From a virus, in the IMG/VR virus record IMGVR_UViG_3300025141_016157, positions 64,001 through 128,000 of that record: DNA of 64,000 nt. One strand, 5' to 3'. Position numbers and translations under genes: made by a program. Positions 1-10,187 of this stretch are shown one piece after another. The first letter of the stretch is position 1. Each line of letters opens with the position of its first letter. Under the pieces are notes generated by a model, which saw only the letters and a list, made by a program, of their open reading frames with translations, made no database searches and was not told the DNA's origin.

Positions 1-156
1 ACACTTACAGGATCTTCCGCAAGGAGCTCTAAGCGTCTTAATGAGTCAACTAAAAGAACTCTTGGATCATCCTCGAGACGGGTTGGCAGATCTTCTGCAA
101 CATCATCAAACAGCGAAGTTGATCGCTGGGCGGTGCTTGCTGGGATTAAAAACTAA
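1..156 (+). CDS. 3' end of probable prohead scaffold/core protein (partial)
   Basis: Frame 1 is open from base 1 to TAA at 154-156 (..KRLNESTKR..SEVDRWAVLAGIKN). It lies directly upstream of the capsid gene, the position of T4 gp22. Confidence 0.65.
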   Translation, partial: TLTGSSARSSKRLNESTKRTLGSSSRRVGRSSATSSNSEVDRWAVLAGIKN

Positions 157-198
157 TTAACTCACAAATTGTTTTAAAAACTTAAAGGAAAAATAACA

Positions 199-2211
199 AT
201 GGCTAAGAAATTTACATTAGACCAGTTAACTGAGGGAATACGTCAAAGAGACGTAGGTCAGCAGTCTGCTCTTTTGACTGAGAAGTGGACCCGTACAGGT
301 CTTCTTCGAGGTATGAACGACACAGGTCGTGAGAATATGGCTCGCCTTCTTGAAAACCAGGCAGCACAGCTTCTTCGCGAGCAGTCTTCAATCGGTAACG
401 GTGCACGGGGCACCGCTTCATCGGGTGATCTTCGTGGTTTCACAAATATCGCCTTCCCAATCGTTCGTCGTGTATTCGGCGGTCTCGTTGCAAATGATCT
501 TGTTTCAATTCAGCCCATGAGCTTACCCTCTGGACTGCTTTTCTATCTTGATTACACATACGGAACAAATATTGGTGGAAGCTCAACAACAACTGGTGCT
601 GCTGGTACAGAAGATCAGCAGGATTATCGTAAGGGTCAATCAATCTACAACCTTCCAACTGGTAAGGGCGTAAGATCTGGATCAGATGCTATCGGTGGTC
701 AGTACAACCTTGCAGGTACGGGATACTCTAGAGTCAACACGCAGCTTGCTGCAGGTGAACTAGTCCTTCTTGCATCAGGTGCTATGGCACAGCAAACATC
801 ACTTCAGGGTGGTCAATACCTTATGTCAACAGGTTCTGACGGAAGACTTCTTCAGTTTGACCCACAGATCTGTACTCTAATTGAAGACAACCTTGATGCT
901 GATGGTAACCGTCAGGGTCTTGGTCTATTCCAGGCAATGCTTTGGGATGTCAACAATTTCCCTGCACAAGCTGATCTTACAGCTGTTAAGGAAATTGGTC
1001 TTTATGCTGGCGGCGCAGTTATAGGAACTGCAAGAACGGCAGCGGACCCGACGGGTGCCTCCGCTACTGCTGATGGTGAAGCACTTATCAACGGTATAGG
1101 AGTCAAGGTTCTCTCTGCATCTGATTCAGTTCAGGGTGGCCAGGTTGTTAATATTCGAAGGCTTAATCAGCTAGGAACTTACGATGGTAGCAAATTCACA
1201 CCTGATCCAATGGTTACTAGAAACACAGCCAATGCAGCACTGTTGACAATTATTTCTGGTACATTCAGACCTGACATGGCAACAACAGGCGTGTCGTCAT
1301 ATCACGGATTCTCAGGATCATATGTCCAGTCTCCAACACTTAATGTTGGCGGCGACGGTGATACCCTTACTATTCCGACCTTTGAGTCTAACTTTGGAAC
1401 AGGCGCAACAGCAGTTAATCCTGAAATTCCAGAAATTGACATCAAGATCGAGTCAATAGCTGTTACAGCTGAGACACGTAAGTTGAGAGCACGCTGGTCA
1501 CCAGAACTCGCACAGGACTTGAACGCTTACCACAGCCTTGACGCTGAGGTTGAGCTTACTCAGATCCTCTCTGAGCAGATTGCTCTAGAGCTTGATCGCG
1601 AGATTCTTAATGACCTTCTCACACAGGCAAAGGGTGCTAACTACTACTGGTCAAGAGCTCCGGGTAAGTTTGTTAACAAGAAGACAGGCGCTGTTCAGTC
1701 ACTTGCTAGCTCACTTCAAACTGGTCCTAACTTCACCGGTACAGTTCGTGAATGGTACGAGACTCTTGTTGAGACCATCATCGATGTTGCTAATGAGATT
1801 CACCGTAAGACCCTTCGTGGTTCTGCAAACTTCATCGTGGTTTCACCCGATGTTGCTACAATCTTTGAGGCTTCCGTCCTCTACAAGCCCAATTATAGCC
1901 TTGATGGCCAGGGTCAGGTCGGATCACCCTTCCAGCTTGGTGCAGCACCGATTGGTAGCTTGAGCAACCGTTTCACGGTCTATAAGGATCCATACTTCCC
2001 GCGCAACAAGGTTCTTGTTGGTTATAAGGGTGGTAGCTACCTTGAGACTGGTTACGTATACGCTCCTTACGTACCTCTCATTGTCACTCCTACTATCTTC
2101 GCACCAGAGGACTTCACACCCCGCAAGGGCGTGATGACTCGCTACGGTAAGAAGATGGTTCGTGCTGACTTCTACGGTACAGTTACATGTATGGATATGG
2201 ACGTTATCTAA
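199..2211 (+). CDS. gp23: Major capsid protein, T4 gp23-like, with large central insertion
   Basis: gp23 motifs: LLENQ, FPIVRR..VANDLVSIQPM..PSGLLFYL, TRKLRARWSPELAQDL.A.H.LDAE.EL, YAPYVPL, F.PRKGVMTRYG. AAGGA RBS upstream. Confidence 0.96.
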   Translation: MAKKFTLDQLTEGIRQRDVGQQSALLTEKWTRTGLLRGMNDTGRENMARLLENQAAQLLREQSSIGNGARGTASSGDLRGFTNIAFPIVRRVFGGLVANDLVSIQPMSLPSGLLFYLDYTYGTNIGGSSTTTGAAGTEDQQDYRKGQSIYNLPTGKGVRSGSDAIGGQYNLAGTGYSRVNTQLAAGELVLLASGAMAQQTSLQGGQYLMSTGSDGRLLQFDPQICTLIEDNLDADGNRQGLGLFQAMLWDVNNFPAQADLTAVKEIGLYAGGAVIGTARTAADPTGASATADGEALINGIGVKVLSASDSVQGGQVVNIRRLNQLGTYDGSKFTPDPMVTRNTANAALLTIISGTFRPDMATTGVSSYHGFSGSYVQSPTLNVGGDGDTLTIPTFESNFGTGATAVNPEIPEIDIKIESIAVTAETRKLRARWSPELAQDLNAYHSLDAEVELTQILSEQIALELDREILNDLLTQAKGANYYWSRAPGKFVNKKTGAVQSLASSLQTGPNFTGTVREWYETLVETIIDVANEIHRKTLRGSANFIVVSPDVATIFEASVLYKPNYSLDGQGQVGSPFQLGAAPIGSLSNRFTVYKDPYFPRNKVLVGYKGGSYLETGYVYAPYVPLIVTPTIFAPEDFTPRKGVMTRYGKKMVRADFYGTVTCMDMDVI

Positions 2212-2233
2212 AATAGATCTCATCTATAGTTCT

Positions 2234-2266
2234 AAAGGGCACCTCTATGAGGTGCCCTTTTTTTTT
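2234..2266 (+). terminator. Rho-independent terminator after capsid gene
   Basis: AAAGGGCACCTC-tat-GAGGTGCCCTTT stem-loop followed by a T run. Confidence 0.9.
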
Positions 2267-2297
2267 AATTAAAAAACTGTTTTTTAATTAAAAAACT
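2261..2297. repeat. Tandem 18-bp repeat of a 16-bp palindrome
   Basis: TTTTTTAATTAAAAAACT at 2261-2278 and 2280-2297. Confidence 0.8.
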
Positions 2298-2397
2298 TCT
2301 TTTTTACAAACTTAGTTGATATTTAAACATTGAGATATAATAATCTCTAATTTAATAATAAAATTACTCTCACTATACAATCATAGGAAAAAATCAA

Positions 2398-2883
2398 ATG
2401 GGAAGACCGACAATATTTAAATATACATTCGATAAATTAGCATACACAGAAGACTTTGGAGCAAGCGCAAGAGATTTTCTCTTAGACATGAAAAATATCT
2501 ACCTTGCTGGGACAACTGTTAAAGAAGGTAGAACATTAGAGGCACATAGTATAACGATTCATAGAGGCCCACAGCAAATAATTGCAAATAGTACAGGATC
2601 GAATAGTGTTACACTTTTGTCAGGCAGCGTCTACCCCATCGGAGTAACACTGGACTCAACCGGCAACAAGCCTGGTCAAATCCATAATATATACGTTGTA
2701 TCTTTCCCTGTTGGCGGAGAATCGATTGTACTTTCTGGGGCAAATACTTCTTTTGCAGGAAATGGTACTGTCTCGGATTATAGATTCATAACATCCGGAT
2801 CTGGTGCAACATGCAGATGGAATACCTCTTCGAAAGTATGGGACGTTCAGCTTCACGGATCAGGATCATTTATAGCCTCATAA
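2398..2883 (+). CDS. Hypothetical protein, probably virion-associated (beta-rich)
   Basis: 161-aa ORF with AGGA RBS, G/S/T-rich, in the head module. Confidence 0.7.
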   Translation: MGRPTIFKYTFDKLAYTEDFGASARDFLLDMKNIYLAGTTVKEGRTLEAHSITIHRGPQQIIANSTGSNSVTLLSGSVYPIGVTLDSTGNKPGQIHNIYVVSFPVGGESIVLSGANTSFAGNGTVSDYRFITSGSGATCRWNTSSKVWDVQLHGSGSFIAS

Positions 2884-2918
2884 CTTCCGATTGCTAGATG
2901 AAAGACTAACAATAATAA

Positions 2919-2945
2919 ATAAGCACTGCAATTTGCAGTGCTTAT
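2919..2945. terminator. Inverted repeat/probable terminator
   Basis: ATAAGCACTGCAA-t-TTGCAGTGCTTAT. Confidence 0.6.
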
Positions 2946-2950
2946 CACCC

Positions 2951-2991
2951 TAGACAATATAAATCTTTCTAAATATATAGATTAAATGGAG
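2951..2991 (+). promoter_or_regulatory. 41-bp promoter+RBS cassette, copy 1
   Basis: TAGAcAATATAAATCTTTCTAAATATATAGATTAAAtGGAG; 39/41 identical to 3377-3417. Confidence 0.75.
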
Positions 2992-3001
2992 CAAACAAGT
3001 C

Positions 3002-3367
3002 ATGGCAGTTACAGTTACTACACAACAAAACCCAATTGGGACCATAATGGTTCAAGATACGGCAGCAATACAGACTGCAGTTGATAATACAACAGGCTCA
3101 AGTGGCACACTCTATATGGTGGAGATTGTTAATTCTGCAGGAGCAATAGTTTATTTTAAGATGGCAGATACTACAGATGCCACAGCGGGAACGACTGCGG
3201 CTGATATAGTTCTCATGTGCCCAGCTTCTTCTACGAGAAGCTATGCTTTCCCAAACGGGATAGCATTTGCCAACGGTTTTAGTCATTGGTGTGTTGCAGG
3301 CGCAGCAGAAGCCAATGTAGGTGCACCAGGCTCCGTCGCTGTCCGGTATATCACAAGTGCAAGCTAA
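3002..3367 (+). CDS. Hypothetical small structural/decoration-like protein
   Basis: 121 aa, A/T/G-rich, beta-sandwich-like composition, GGAG RBS. Confidence 0.7.
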   Translation: MAVTVTTQQNPIGTIMVQDTAAIQTAVDNTTGSSGTLYMVEIVNSAGAIVYFKMADTTDATAGTTAADIVLMCPASSTRSYAFPNGIAFANGFSHWCVAGAAEANVGAPGSVAVRYITSAS

Positions 3368-3376
3368 ACTGGTGAT

Positions 3377-3417
3377 TAGATAATATAAATCTTTCTAAAT
3401 ATATAGATTAAACGGAG
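3377..3417 (+). promoter_or_regulatory. 41-bp promoter+RBS cassette, copy 2
   Basis: TAGAtAATATAAATCTTTCTAAATATATAGATTAAAcGGAG. Confidence 0.75.
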
Positions 3418-3426
3418 GTCATAAAA

Positions 3427-3669
3427 ATGGCATTAAGAAAAGTAAGGATAGCAGGACCACCAAGGTGGACAAGAGAAGGTAGACGATATCTTGAAAAGCA
3501 TCAGGGTAAAAGTGAAGTAGTAGAAGTAGAACTATCTCCTGAGTCAGAAGCTGAAACTGTAGAGGAATCTCTAGATGTTGTTCATGAAGCTCCCAAAGAA
3601 GAAGTCAAAAAAGTATCTATAAAAAAGAAGAAGGCTGCAACAAAAAAGAAATTAGCAAAGAAAAGCTAG
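3427..3669 (+). CDS. Small protein with acidic middle and Lys-rich tail
   Basis: 80 aa, GGAGG RBS, C-terminus KKKKAATKKKLAKKS. Confidence 0.75.
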   Translation: MALRKVRIAGPPRWTREGRRYLEKHQGKSEVVEVELSPESEAETVEESLDVVHEAPKEEVKKVSIKKKKAATKKKLAKKS

Positions 3670-3708
3670 CCTAGACAATAAATTTAAAAATAATTTTTCA
3701 AATAGGTG

Positions 3709-3777
3709 AAGACATTATCCGCTTATGGGTTATTTAAATTTCTCATAAGCGGATTCTTTTTGTAATGTCTTTTTTTA
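3709..3777 (+). terminator. Long two-stem hairpin followed by T run
   Basis: AAGACATTA/TAATGTCTT outer stem, ATCCGCTTATG/CATAAGCGGAT inner stem, then T tract. Confidence 0.6.
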
Positions 3778-3805
3778 TTGTATATTTAAAATTGGGAATA
3801 GAGCA

Positions 3806-4993
3806 ATGAGCACGTTTGCAGAGACAACAAATCCGACACCTTTTGGCTTTTACGATGGTGAGACTATGTTTCAAACAGAGGCAGACTCCATTGTAACATT
3901 TGTCAAAAGAAAGCTTGGTGATGACGTCTTATCAGTAGAGCTCACAAAAAAGCAGATATGGGCAACATTTGAAGAAGCAACACTAGAGTTTAGCTCAATT
4001 TTAAACACATATCAGGCAAAGTCTCAAATAGTTAATTTTCTGGGAATGCCAACTACGGGATCAGATGGATTAATGTCTGGATCTGAGGGTAAGTACCCTA
4101 GAGAAAATCTCGACTACCTGACTAGATTTGCTGAGCCATATTCATTTGAAGCAGGTGTCGGAGGATCTTACAATACACTGTCCGGATCTCTAGATCTAAA
4201 AGCAGGAGTTCAAGATTACAATATCTATAATACACTGTCAGATGCAAATGGAGATTTACTTTTTTCCTCTAGTTTAAATACTAAGATGGGTAAGATGCAG
4301 ATTGTTGAGGTTTTTCACTTTAGTCCGCAAGCAGCTTATAGATTTTTTGATACAACATCTGCAATAAACTATCTTAATAATGAGTTTAGCTTTGAGTCAT
4401 TTACCCCTGAGACGATATTTTATGTTCTACCGGTATTTGAAGATATTCTTAGGGCTGGGCAGCTTGACCTTTCAAATAGAGTTAGAAGGTCAAACTATTC
4501 TTACAAAGTATCAGGCCAGAATATAAGAATTTATCCAATACCTCAGTCAGATGCAGATACACCAAAAAAATTGTGGATCAGGGTTAGATATGGATCAGAT
4601 CCATTGGATCCAGCCTATCGTGACGATACTATAGGCGGAGTTTCAAATCTTTCAGATCTTCCTTTTGGAATTATACCCTATACTAATATTAATAGCATAG
4701 GTCAACAGTGGATCAGGCAGTGCTCCCTTGCGCTTTCAAAGGAGCTATTAGGTCAAGTTAGATCAAAATTCTCAAACATTCCAATTCCGGGATCAGAGCT
4801 TCAGCTGAATGGTAAAGATTTAATAACGCAGGGAAGAGAAGATAAAGATAAGCTCTTAACACAGCTTAAAGAAATGCTTGAGACAATGACTTATGATAAG
4901 TTGATGGAGACTGCTGCTACGAGAGCAGAGTTTATAAATAAACAGCTTAAATTTGTGCCTATGCCGAATGGCTTAGCAATCTTTATGGGATAG
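3806..4993 (+). CDS. Neck protein (gp13-like)
   Basis: RKLG..V.SVELT..Q near the N-terminus and WIRQ..LAL.KE.LG.VRSKF..IP.PG....LNG..L near the C-terminus; synteny. Confidence 0.8.
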   Translation: MSTFAETTNPTPFGFYDGETMFQTEADSIVTFVKRKLGDDVLSVELTKKQIWATFEEATLEFSSILNTYQAKSQIVNFLGMPTTGSDGLMSGSEGKYPRENLDYLTRFAEPYSFEAGVGGSYNTLSGSLDLKAGVQDYNIYNTLSDANGDLLFSSSLNTKMGKMQIVEVFHFSPQAAYRFFDTTSAINYLNNEFSFESFTPETIFYVLPVFEDILRAGQLDLSNRVRRSNYSYKVSGQNIRIYPIPQSDADTPKKLWIRVRYGSDPLDPAYRDDTIGGVSNLSDLPFGIIPYTNINSIGQQWIRQCSLALSKELLGQVRSKFSNIPIPGSELQLNGKDLITQGREDKDKLLTQLKEMLETMTYDKLMETAATRAEFINKQLKFVPMPNGLAIFMG

Positions 4994-4997
4994 ATTT

Positions 4998-5663
4998 ATG
5001 AGTAGACTTTTTATAACACCCAGAGAGATAAATTTAATTAATGATATTGCAAAAGAGCTTGTTAAGGATGTTGTAGGGCAGGCAATTTATTACTACCCGA
5101 TTTCAATTGTTAAGTCAAACGTTCATGATGTTTACGAAGAGTCTACAAAGAAGGTTTTTGAAAATCCAATAAAAATAGATGCACTTGTAAAATATGAACC
5201 TCAAGATATTAGGGCAAATAAATTTGGAAGTGAAGAATACTATACAATAGAAGTGTACATCCAGGAAAGAGATCTAATTGATAAAGGCATATCTGTTCAA
5301 GAGGGAGATTTCTTTTCATACGGTGAGGTATTTTTTGAAGTTATTACAGTCCCAGACTCAAATACGATATACGGAGAGGTTGAGCATAAAGGGTTTATTA
5401 CAATTACAGGAAAACAGGCAAGAAAGGGACAGTTCGAAACAAAGGTCTTTGGACCCACAGACGAGAGATACAGCGATCCAGATGCAGTTCAAGACGAATT
5501 CTATCAGCAGAGGGGTTTCAAGGTAAATCAGGAAGGAGTCACAGGAGACGTACGAGAGCTTCAGAGAAAGGGAGTCCTAGATAAACCATTGACTGGGCCG
5601 CAGAGTGTAACAGATGAGGCAGGAGACAAGGCGGGACCTGGTTTTTACGGCGACGATGAGTGA
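4998..5663 (+). CDS. Neck/head-closure protein (gp14-like)
   Basis: GQ.IYYYP, DVYEE, EGDFF.YG..FFEV; follows the gp13-like gene. Confidence 0.7.
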   Translation: MSRLFITPREINLINDIAKELVKDVVGQAIYYYPISIVKSNVHDVYEESTKKVFENPIKIDALVKYEPQDIRANKFGSEEYYTIEVYIQERDLIDKGISVQEGDFFSYGEVFFEVITVPDSNTIYGEVEHKGFITITGKQARKGQFETKVFGPTDERYSDPDAVQDEFYQQRGFKVNQEGVTGDVRELQRKGVLDKPLTGPQSVTDEAGDKAGPGFYGDDE

Positions 5664-5671
5664 GGTAATGC

Positions 5672-6874
5672 ATGTCCAGTGAATCTGATAAGAGAAATGA
5701 GCTAGCAACGCCAGAAAACTTTGGAATACCGTCTGCAGGAATAGAAGATATGGATCGAGCTGTTTTCGATCTGTTTGATAAATTCTTGCCCTTACAAGTA
5801 AAAATAGATGATCAGTCGACAAAAGTTCCAGTTGTCTTTTCAACTGGTGAGAGATTTGCGCTTACAAGAAGAAACTCACCAATTAGAGATAGAAATAATG
5901 CTATAATTCTTCCAGTCATAGCAGTATATAGAAAAAATATTGATCTTTCACCTGGTCAATCCGGTTATGGATCACCAATAGCGTTTAGAGATCAGCCAAC
6001 ATACACAGTTAAAAAAAGATTATCTAAAAAAGATAGAAATTATCAAAATATTATTAACAGATACGGTATTAAAAATCAAAAAAATGTTAGCAGTAGAAAA
6101 AACTTTACTTTTACAGATAATTTTCCTGGAAACATAGCACAGCCGGGAACTTTTGCAACTCGTAGAAATGGAAAGAATCTTTCTCTAATATCAAGCGCAC
6201 AGACAACAAGCATTTCAAATTTTCTTACTGATAATATTTTTGAAATTATAACAATACCGTATCCGACATTTATGGTTGTTTCATACGAAATAGTATTTTG
6301 GACACAGTACGTACAAAATATGAATCAGCTTTTAGAAGTTATGATGTCAAGATTTACTGGGCAAGATACAGGATTCAAGCTTACTACAAAAAAAGGCTTT
6401 GAGTATGTTGCATTTATAAATTCTCCAATTAATACAGCTGATAATTTTAATGATTTTTCAAAAGATGAAAGAATTATTAGATATAATTTTACAATTGATG
6501 TTCCGGGCTATCTTCTTGCCACAGAGCAGGAGGGATTGCCTAGTCCATATAGAAAATATGAATCTGCACCTCAAATAGAATTTGGATATGTTCAAGTAGA
6601 TGGATTTGTTTTTACAGAAGATAAGAATCCCGAAGCAGTTGTTGATCAAAATAAATTTATACTTTCTGAAATTGAATCTGAAGCCATGACATCACTACAA
6701 AGAGGTCAAACATCAGCAAAAGTAGTTGAAACAATCATAAATCCATTCACTGGCGAGGATACAATAGCTGTTTCAAAAATAAAAACTCGCAATGAAAGAG
6801 CTGGTGAGACCGTTGCAAGTTCAAGAATTGCAATAGAATTACAAACAACCTTAGATTCTCCTACATCTGAGTAG
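5672..6874 (+). CDS. Tail terminator/sheath stabiliser (gp15-like)
   Basis: KVPVVF..GER, LP.I, Y....WT.Y..MNQ..E, RII.Y.F...V.GY; precedes sheath. Confidence 0.7.
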   Translation: MSSESDKRNELATPENFGIPSAGIEDMDRAVFDLFDKFLPLQVKIDDQSTKVPVVFSTGERFALTRRNSPIRDRNNAIILPVIAVYRKNIDLSPGQSGYGSPIAFRDQPTYTVKKRLSKKDRNYQNIINRYGIKNQKNVSSRKNFTFTDNFPGNIAQPGTFATRRNGKNLSLISSAQTTSISNFLTDNIFEIITIPYPTFMVVSYEIVFWTQYVQNMNQLLEVMMSRFTGQDTGFKLTTKKGFEYVAFINSPINTADNFNDFSKDERIIRYNFTIDVPGYLLATEQEGLPSPYRKYESAPQIEFGYVQVDGFVFTEDKNPEAVVDQNKFILSEIESEAMTSLQRGQTSAKVVETIINPFTGEDTIAVSKIKTRNERAGETVASSRIAIELQTTLDSPTSE

Positions 6875-6934
6875 AGATTTTTGATCGTTTAAGAGATAGT
6901 TATACCTGTAAAGAGTAGAACAGGAGATTTGTCA

Positions 6935-9900
6935 ATGGCCGAACAGACATTTAAATCACCCGGGTTTTTTGAGAGAGAGATAGATCTGTCTCAGACTTCA
7001 ACTTCGGTGTCAGGAGTTCCTGCAGGAATTGCTGGAACTTCACAGATGGGACCAGCATTTGTCCCAGTTACAGTGGGTTCATTTATTGATTTTGAAAATA
7101 GATTTGGAACACTTGATCCTGACATGTTTGGGCCCTATGCGGTAAGAGAATTCTTAAAGCACAGGACAGCACTTACGTATGTAAGAGTTCTAGGAGCAGG
7201 CGCTAATTCAGCTGGAACAGACTTTATAACCACACAGGTAGCAGGAACAGTCAAAGGTGCAGGATTTATTATTCAAGGTGCTGACGCCGAAGCTGGTCAA
7301 GGACCAGATGGCGATCATAGTAGAAAGCTCGGATGTGTACAGTTTATTAGTGCTAGACACTATGTCTCAGCATCTGAAGCCGTAGGGTATCCAGTTCTTA
7401 CAGATAATATATCAGTCGGACTTGATAACAATGTTGCAAACCTTGTTAGAGCTGTTCTCATGACTCCAACAGGATCACGATTCCAGGTTTTACCTTTTGC
7501 ATCATCTTCATATCCTGTTGATGTCTTCTCATATTTAGATAATAACGATCTAGCCAAACCATCATCTTCTGGTATGTTTAAGCTAATTCTATCTTCAACT
7601 GCAGGCTCTACATTTGGATCAACAGATGGAGTTTCAGGAATAAAAATATTTACAGCATCTCTAGATCCAGGATCTGACGCATATATTTCAAAAATTCTTA
7701 ATACAGATCCTCTACAATTTCAGTCAACACAGCATTTACTTTATGCTGATTTCCCAGTTGAGAAAGAGATTGCAAGGGTCGACCTTGGATCAGAAACTAG
7801 ACCGTCCTGGACTAGCGGATCAATAGCACTTTCATCTGGATCATCATTGACATCTTCGAAGTCAGGAGCAGGATCTGTATCGTTTAATAATCTTTTTGGA
7901 AAATTTGATTCACGATATACAACACCTACAACACCATTCTTTATATCTCAACCCTACGGTGATACAGAATATAATCTATTCAGAGTTGAGACAATATCAG
8001 ATGGTGCATGGGCATCCACTAAATTCAAGATATCAATTAGGGACATTAGAAAACCACAAAGCCCTGGTCAAGATCCGTATGGAACATTTACTCTAGAGGT
8101 TAGAGATTTCTCTGATACTGATAGAAGCAGATCTGTACTTGAAAGATACACGGGATGCACTCTCAACCCTGCTAGCGACGACTATGTTGCAAAGAAAGTT
8201 GGAGACTATAAAGCATTTTATAATTTTGATGCAATTGATCCTGATGAAAGAAAAGTAGTTGTTCAAGGAAAGAATCCAAATATATCAAGCAGAATAAGAA
8301 TTGTAACAACAGATGAGCTAGATATGGGATTGATACCTGCAAATGCTATTCCGTTTGGATTTAGAGGTGTACCAGTTCTAAAGACAACTGATACACTAAC
8401 AGATAACACTGGCTCAATACGAGGAGATGTGCCAACCCCATCTGGACCGGGATCTTGTAGAAGACTATCTTCAAATATTGGCGGGTGGAGCACAGATGAT
8501 GGTTCAGGACCAGGGTCAGCAACATGGTCTCAGTTTATCACATCTTCAATTCTCCCACCTGTTCCAATGAGGTTTAAAGTTACAAAGGGAGTTGCAAACA
8601 AATCTCCAAACTTTACCGGTGAGCAGAGTGATACAGAACTCGTAGATGGAAATCTATACTGGGGAGTAAAATTTACCAGACTTGCACAATCTAGTTCAAC
8701 ACAGACTGATACGATATATAGGACAAACCTGTCTTCGATGCCAAATGGTCTTATATCTTCTTACTCGAAGCTTATAGGAATACTAAAGCTTGATACAAAT
8801 GTTACGGGCTCAGGTGCTGACAAGTTTAACAATAATAAATTCAGTCTATCAAGAGTTGCATTTTACAATGGAACGGGATCATATACTGATAGCGTTGTTG
8901 ACTCAGTTCAATCACAAATTACAGGATCTACTGTGGCACACATGATTGATGCAGCATACATTAGAGATGGAATTGTTGATCCTACACTATATACAATTGC
9001 AGACGGATCTGAGCACAATAAGCGACTAACATTCGCATCACTTGCAGCACTTACATCCTCTGTTTATTTTAATAAGTTTACTGACTTTGCAAAGTTTACA
9101 ACATTCTTCTATGGTGGGTTTGACGGATTAAACATATTAGATCCAAATATGGCAAATATGAATGATAAAGCAAGCTCTTCAGATACTGGCGGATATTCAT
9201 CTGGTGCAACCCTTGATATAGGTCTCAACAATGAGGCAAATGATTTTGGAACAGGAGATGATAATGCAATTATTCAATCGTATAGAGCTGCTGCAAGGAT
9301 CCTAACATCTGAAGTTACATCTCGTGTAAATATAGTTTCAATTCCAGGGATTAAAGATTCTACGCTTACTGACTACGTTATGGAATTATTGCCGGGATAT
9401 GGAAAAGCTTTTTATGTAGTTGATTTACCTGCTTATGATGCTGAACAGACTAGACTATTTAGAGATAGTTCAAATCGTCCAAACATAGACAAGACTTCAT
9501 CGGTATTTGCAGGACGTGCTGTTGATAATAATTACTCTGCTACTTACTTCCCGGATGTTACAATAACTGATGAGATTAACAATAGACCTGTAAGGGTTCC
9601 GGCATCAGTTGCAGTAATAGGTGCACTTGCATATAATGATAATGTATCATACCCATGGTTCGCACCTGCAGGTTTCAATAGAGCATCTTTAGGATTTGTT
9701 ACAAATACAGATGTCAGATTAAATCAGCAAGATAGAGATACTCTTTACGAAAATAGAGTCAATCCGATAGCTTCATTCCCAGGAGCTGGATTTGTAATAT
9801 TTGGGCAGAAAACTCTTCAGATCCTCAAGAGCTCTTTGGATAGAGTAAACGTCAGAAGGATGCTTCTTGAAGTCAAAAGGGTAGTCGGCGAAGTTGCAAC

Positions 9901-10153
9901 AAACATAGTATTTGAGCAAAATACGCCTGCAACTCGTGCAAGGTTTGTTTCAGAAGTTACACCACTTCTATCAAACATACAAATTCAGCAGGGGATTGAT
10001 CAGTTCAGAATAGTAATGGATTCTACAAACAACACAGATGAGGATATTGCAAACAATATTCTAAACGGTCGAATTGTAATAGTTCCGACTAGAGCAGTTG
10101 AATTTATTGCAATTGACTTTATCATAACAAATGCTGGTGTAGATTTTGTTTAG
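6935..10153 (+). CDS. Tail sheath protein 1
   Basis: SPGFF.REID, GPAFVP, PWFAPAGFNR, LYENRVNPI..FPG.G..IFGQKT...LDRVNVRR, PTRA.EFI.IDF. The ATG at 6935 is the likely start (CAGGAG RBS). Confidence 0.95.
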   Translation: MAEQTFKSPGFFEREIDLSQTSTSVSGVPAGIAGTSQMGPAFVPVTVGSFIDFENRFGTLDPDMFGPYAVREFLKHRTALTYVRVLGAGANSAGTDFITTQVAGTVKGAGFIIQGADAEAGQGPDGDHSRKLGCVQFISARHYVSASEAVGYPVLTDNISVGLDNNVANLVRAVLMTPTGSRFQVLPFASSSYPVDVFSYLDNNDLAKPSSSGMFKLILSSTAGSTFGSTDGVSGIKIFTASLDPGSDAYISKILNTDPLQFQSTQHLLYADFPVEKEIARVDLGSETRPSWTSGSIALSSGSSLTSSKSGAGSVSFNNLFGKFDSRYTTPTTPFFISQPYGDTEYNLFRVETISDGAWASTKFKISIRDIRKPQSPGQDPYGTFTLEVRDFSDTDRSRSVLERYTGCTLNPASDDYVAKKVGDYKAFYNFDAIDPDERKVVVQGKNPNISSRIRIVTTDELDMGLIPANAIPFGFRGVPVLKTTDTLTDNTGSIRGDVPTPSGPGSCRRLSSNIGGWSTDDGSGPGSATWSQFITSSILPPVPMRFKVTKGVANKSPNFTGEQSDTELVDGNLYWGVKFTRLAQSSSTQTDTIYRTNLSSMPNGLISSYSKLIGILKLDTNVTGSGADKFNNNKFSLSRVAFYNGTGSYTDSVVDSVQSQITGSTVAHMIDAAYIRDGIVDPTLYTIADGSEHNKRLTFASLAALTSSVYFNKFTDFAKFTTFFYGGFDGLNILDPNMANMNDKASSSDTGGYSSGATLDIGLNNEANDFGTGDDNAIIQSYRAAARILTSEVTSRVNIVSIPGIKDSTLTDYVMELLPGYGKAFYVVDLPAYDAEQTRLFRDSSNRPNIDKTSSVFAGRAVDNNYSATYFPDVTITDEINNRPVRVPASVAVIGALAYNDNVSYPWFAPAGFNRASLGFVTNTDVRLNQQDRDTLYENRVNPIASFPGAGFVIFGQKTLQILKSSLDRVNVRRMLLEVKRVVGEVATNIVFEQNTPATRARFVSEVTPLLSNIQIQQGIDQFRIVMDSTNNTDEDIANNILNGRIVIVPTRAVEFIAIDFIITNAGVDFV

Positions 10154-10187
10154 CTAATAGTTAACATATAGAATGGAGATCATTTAG

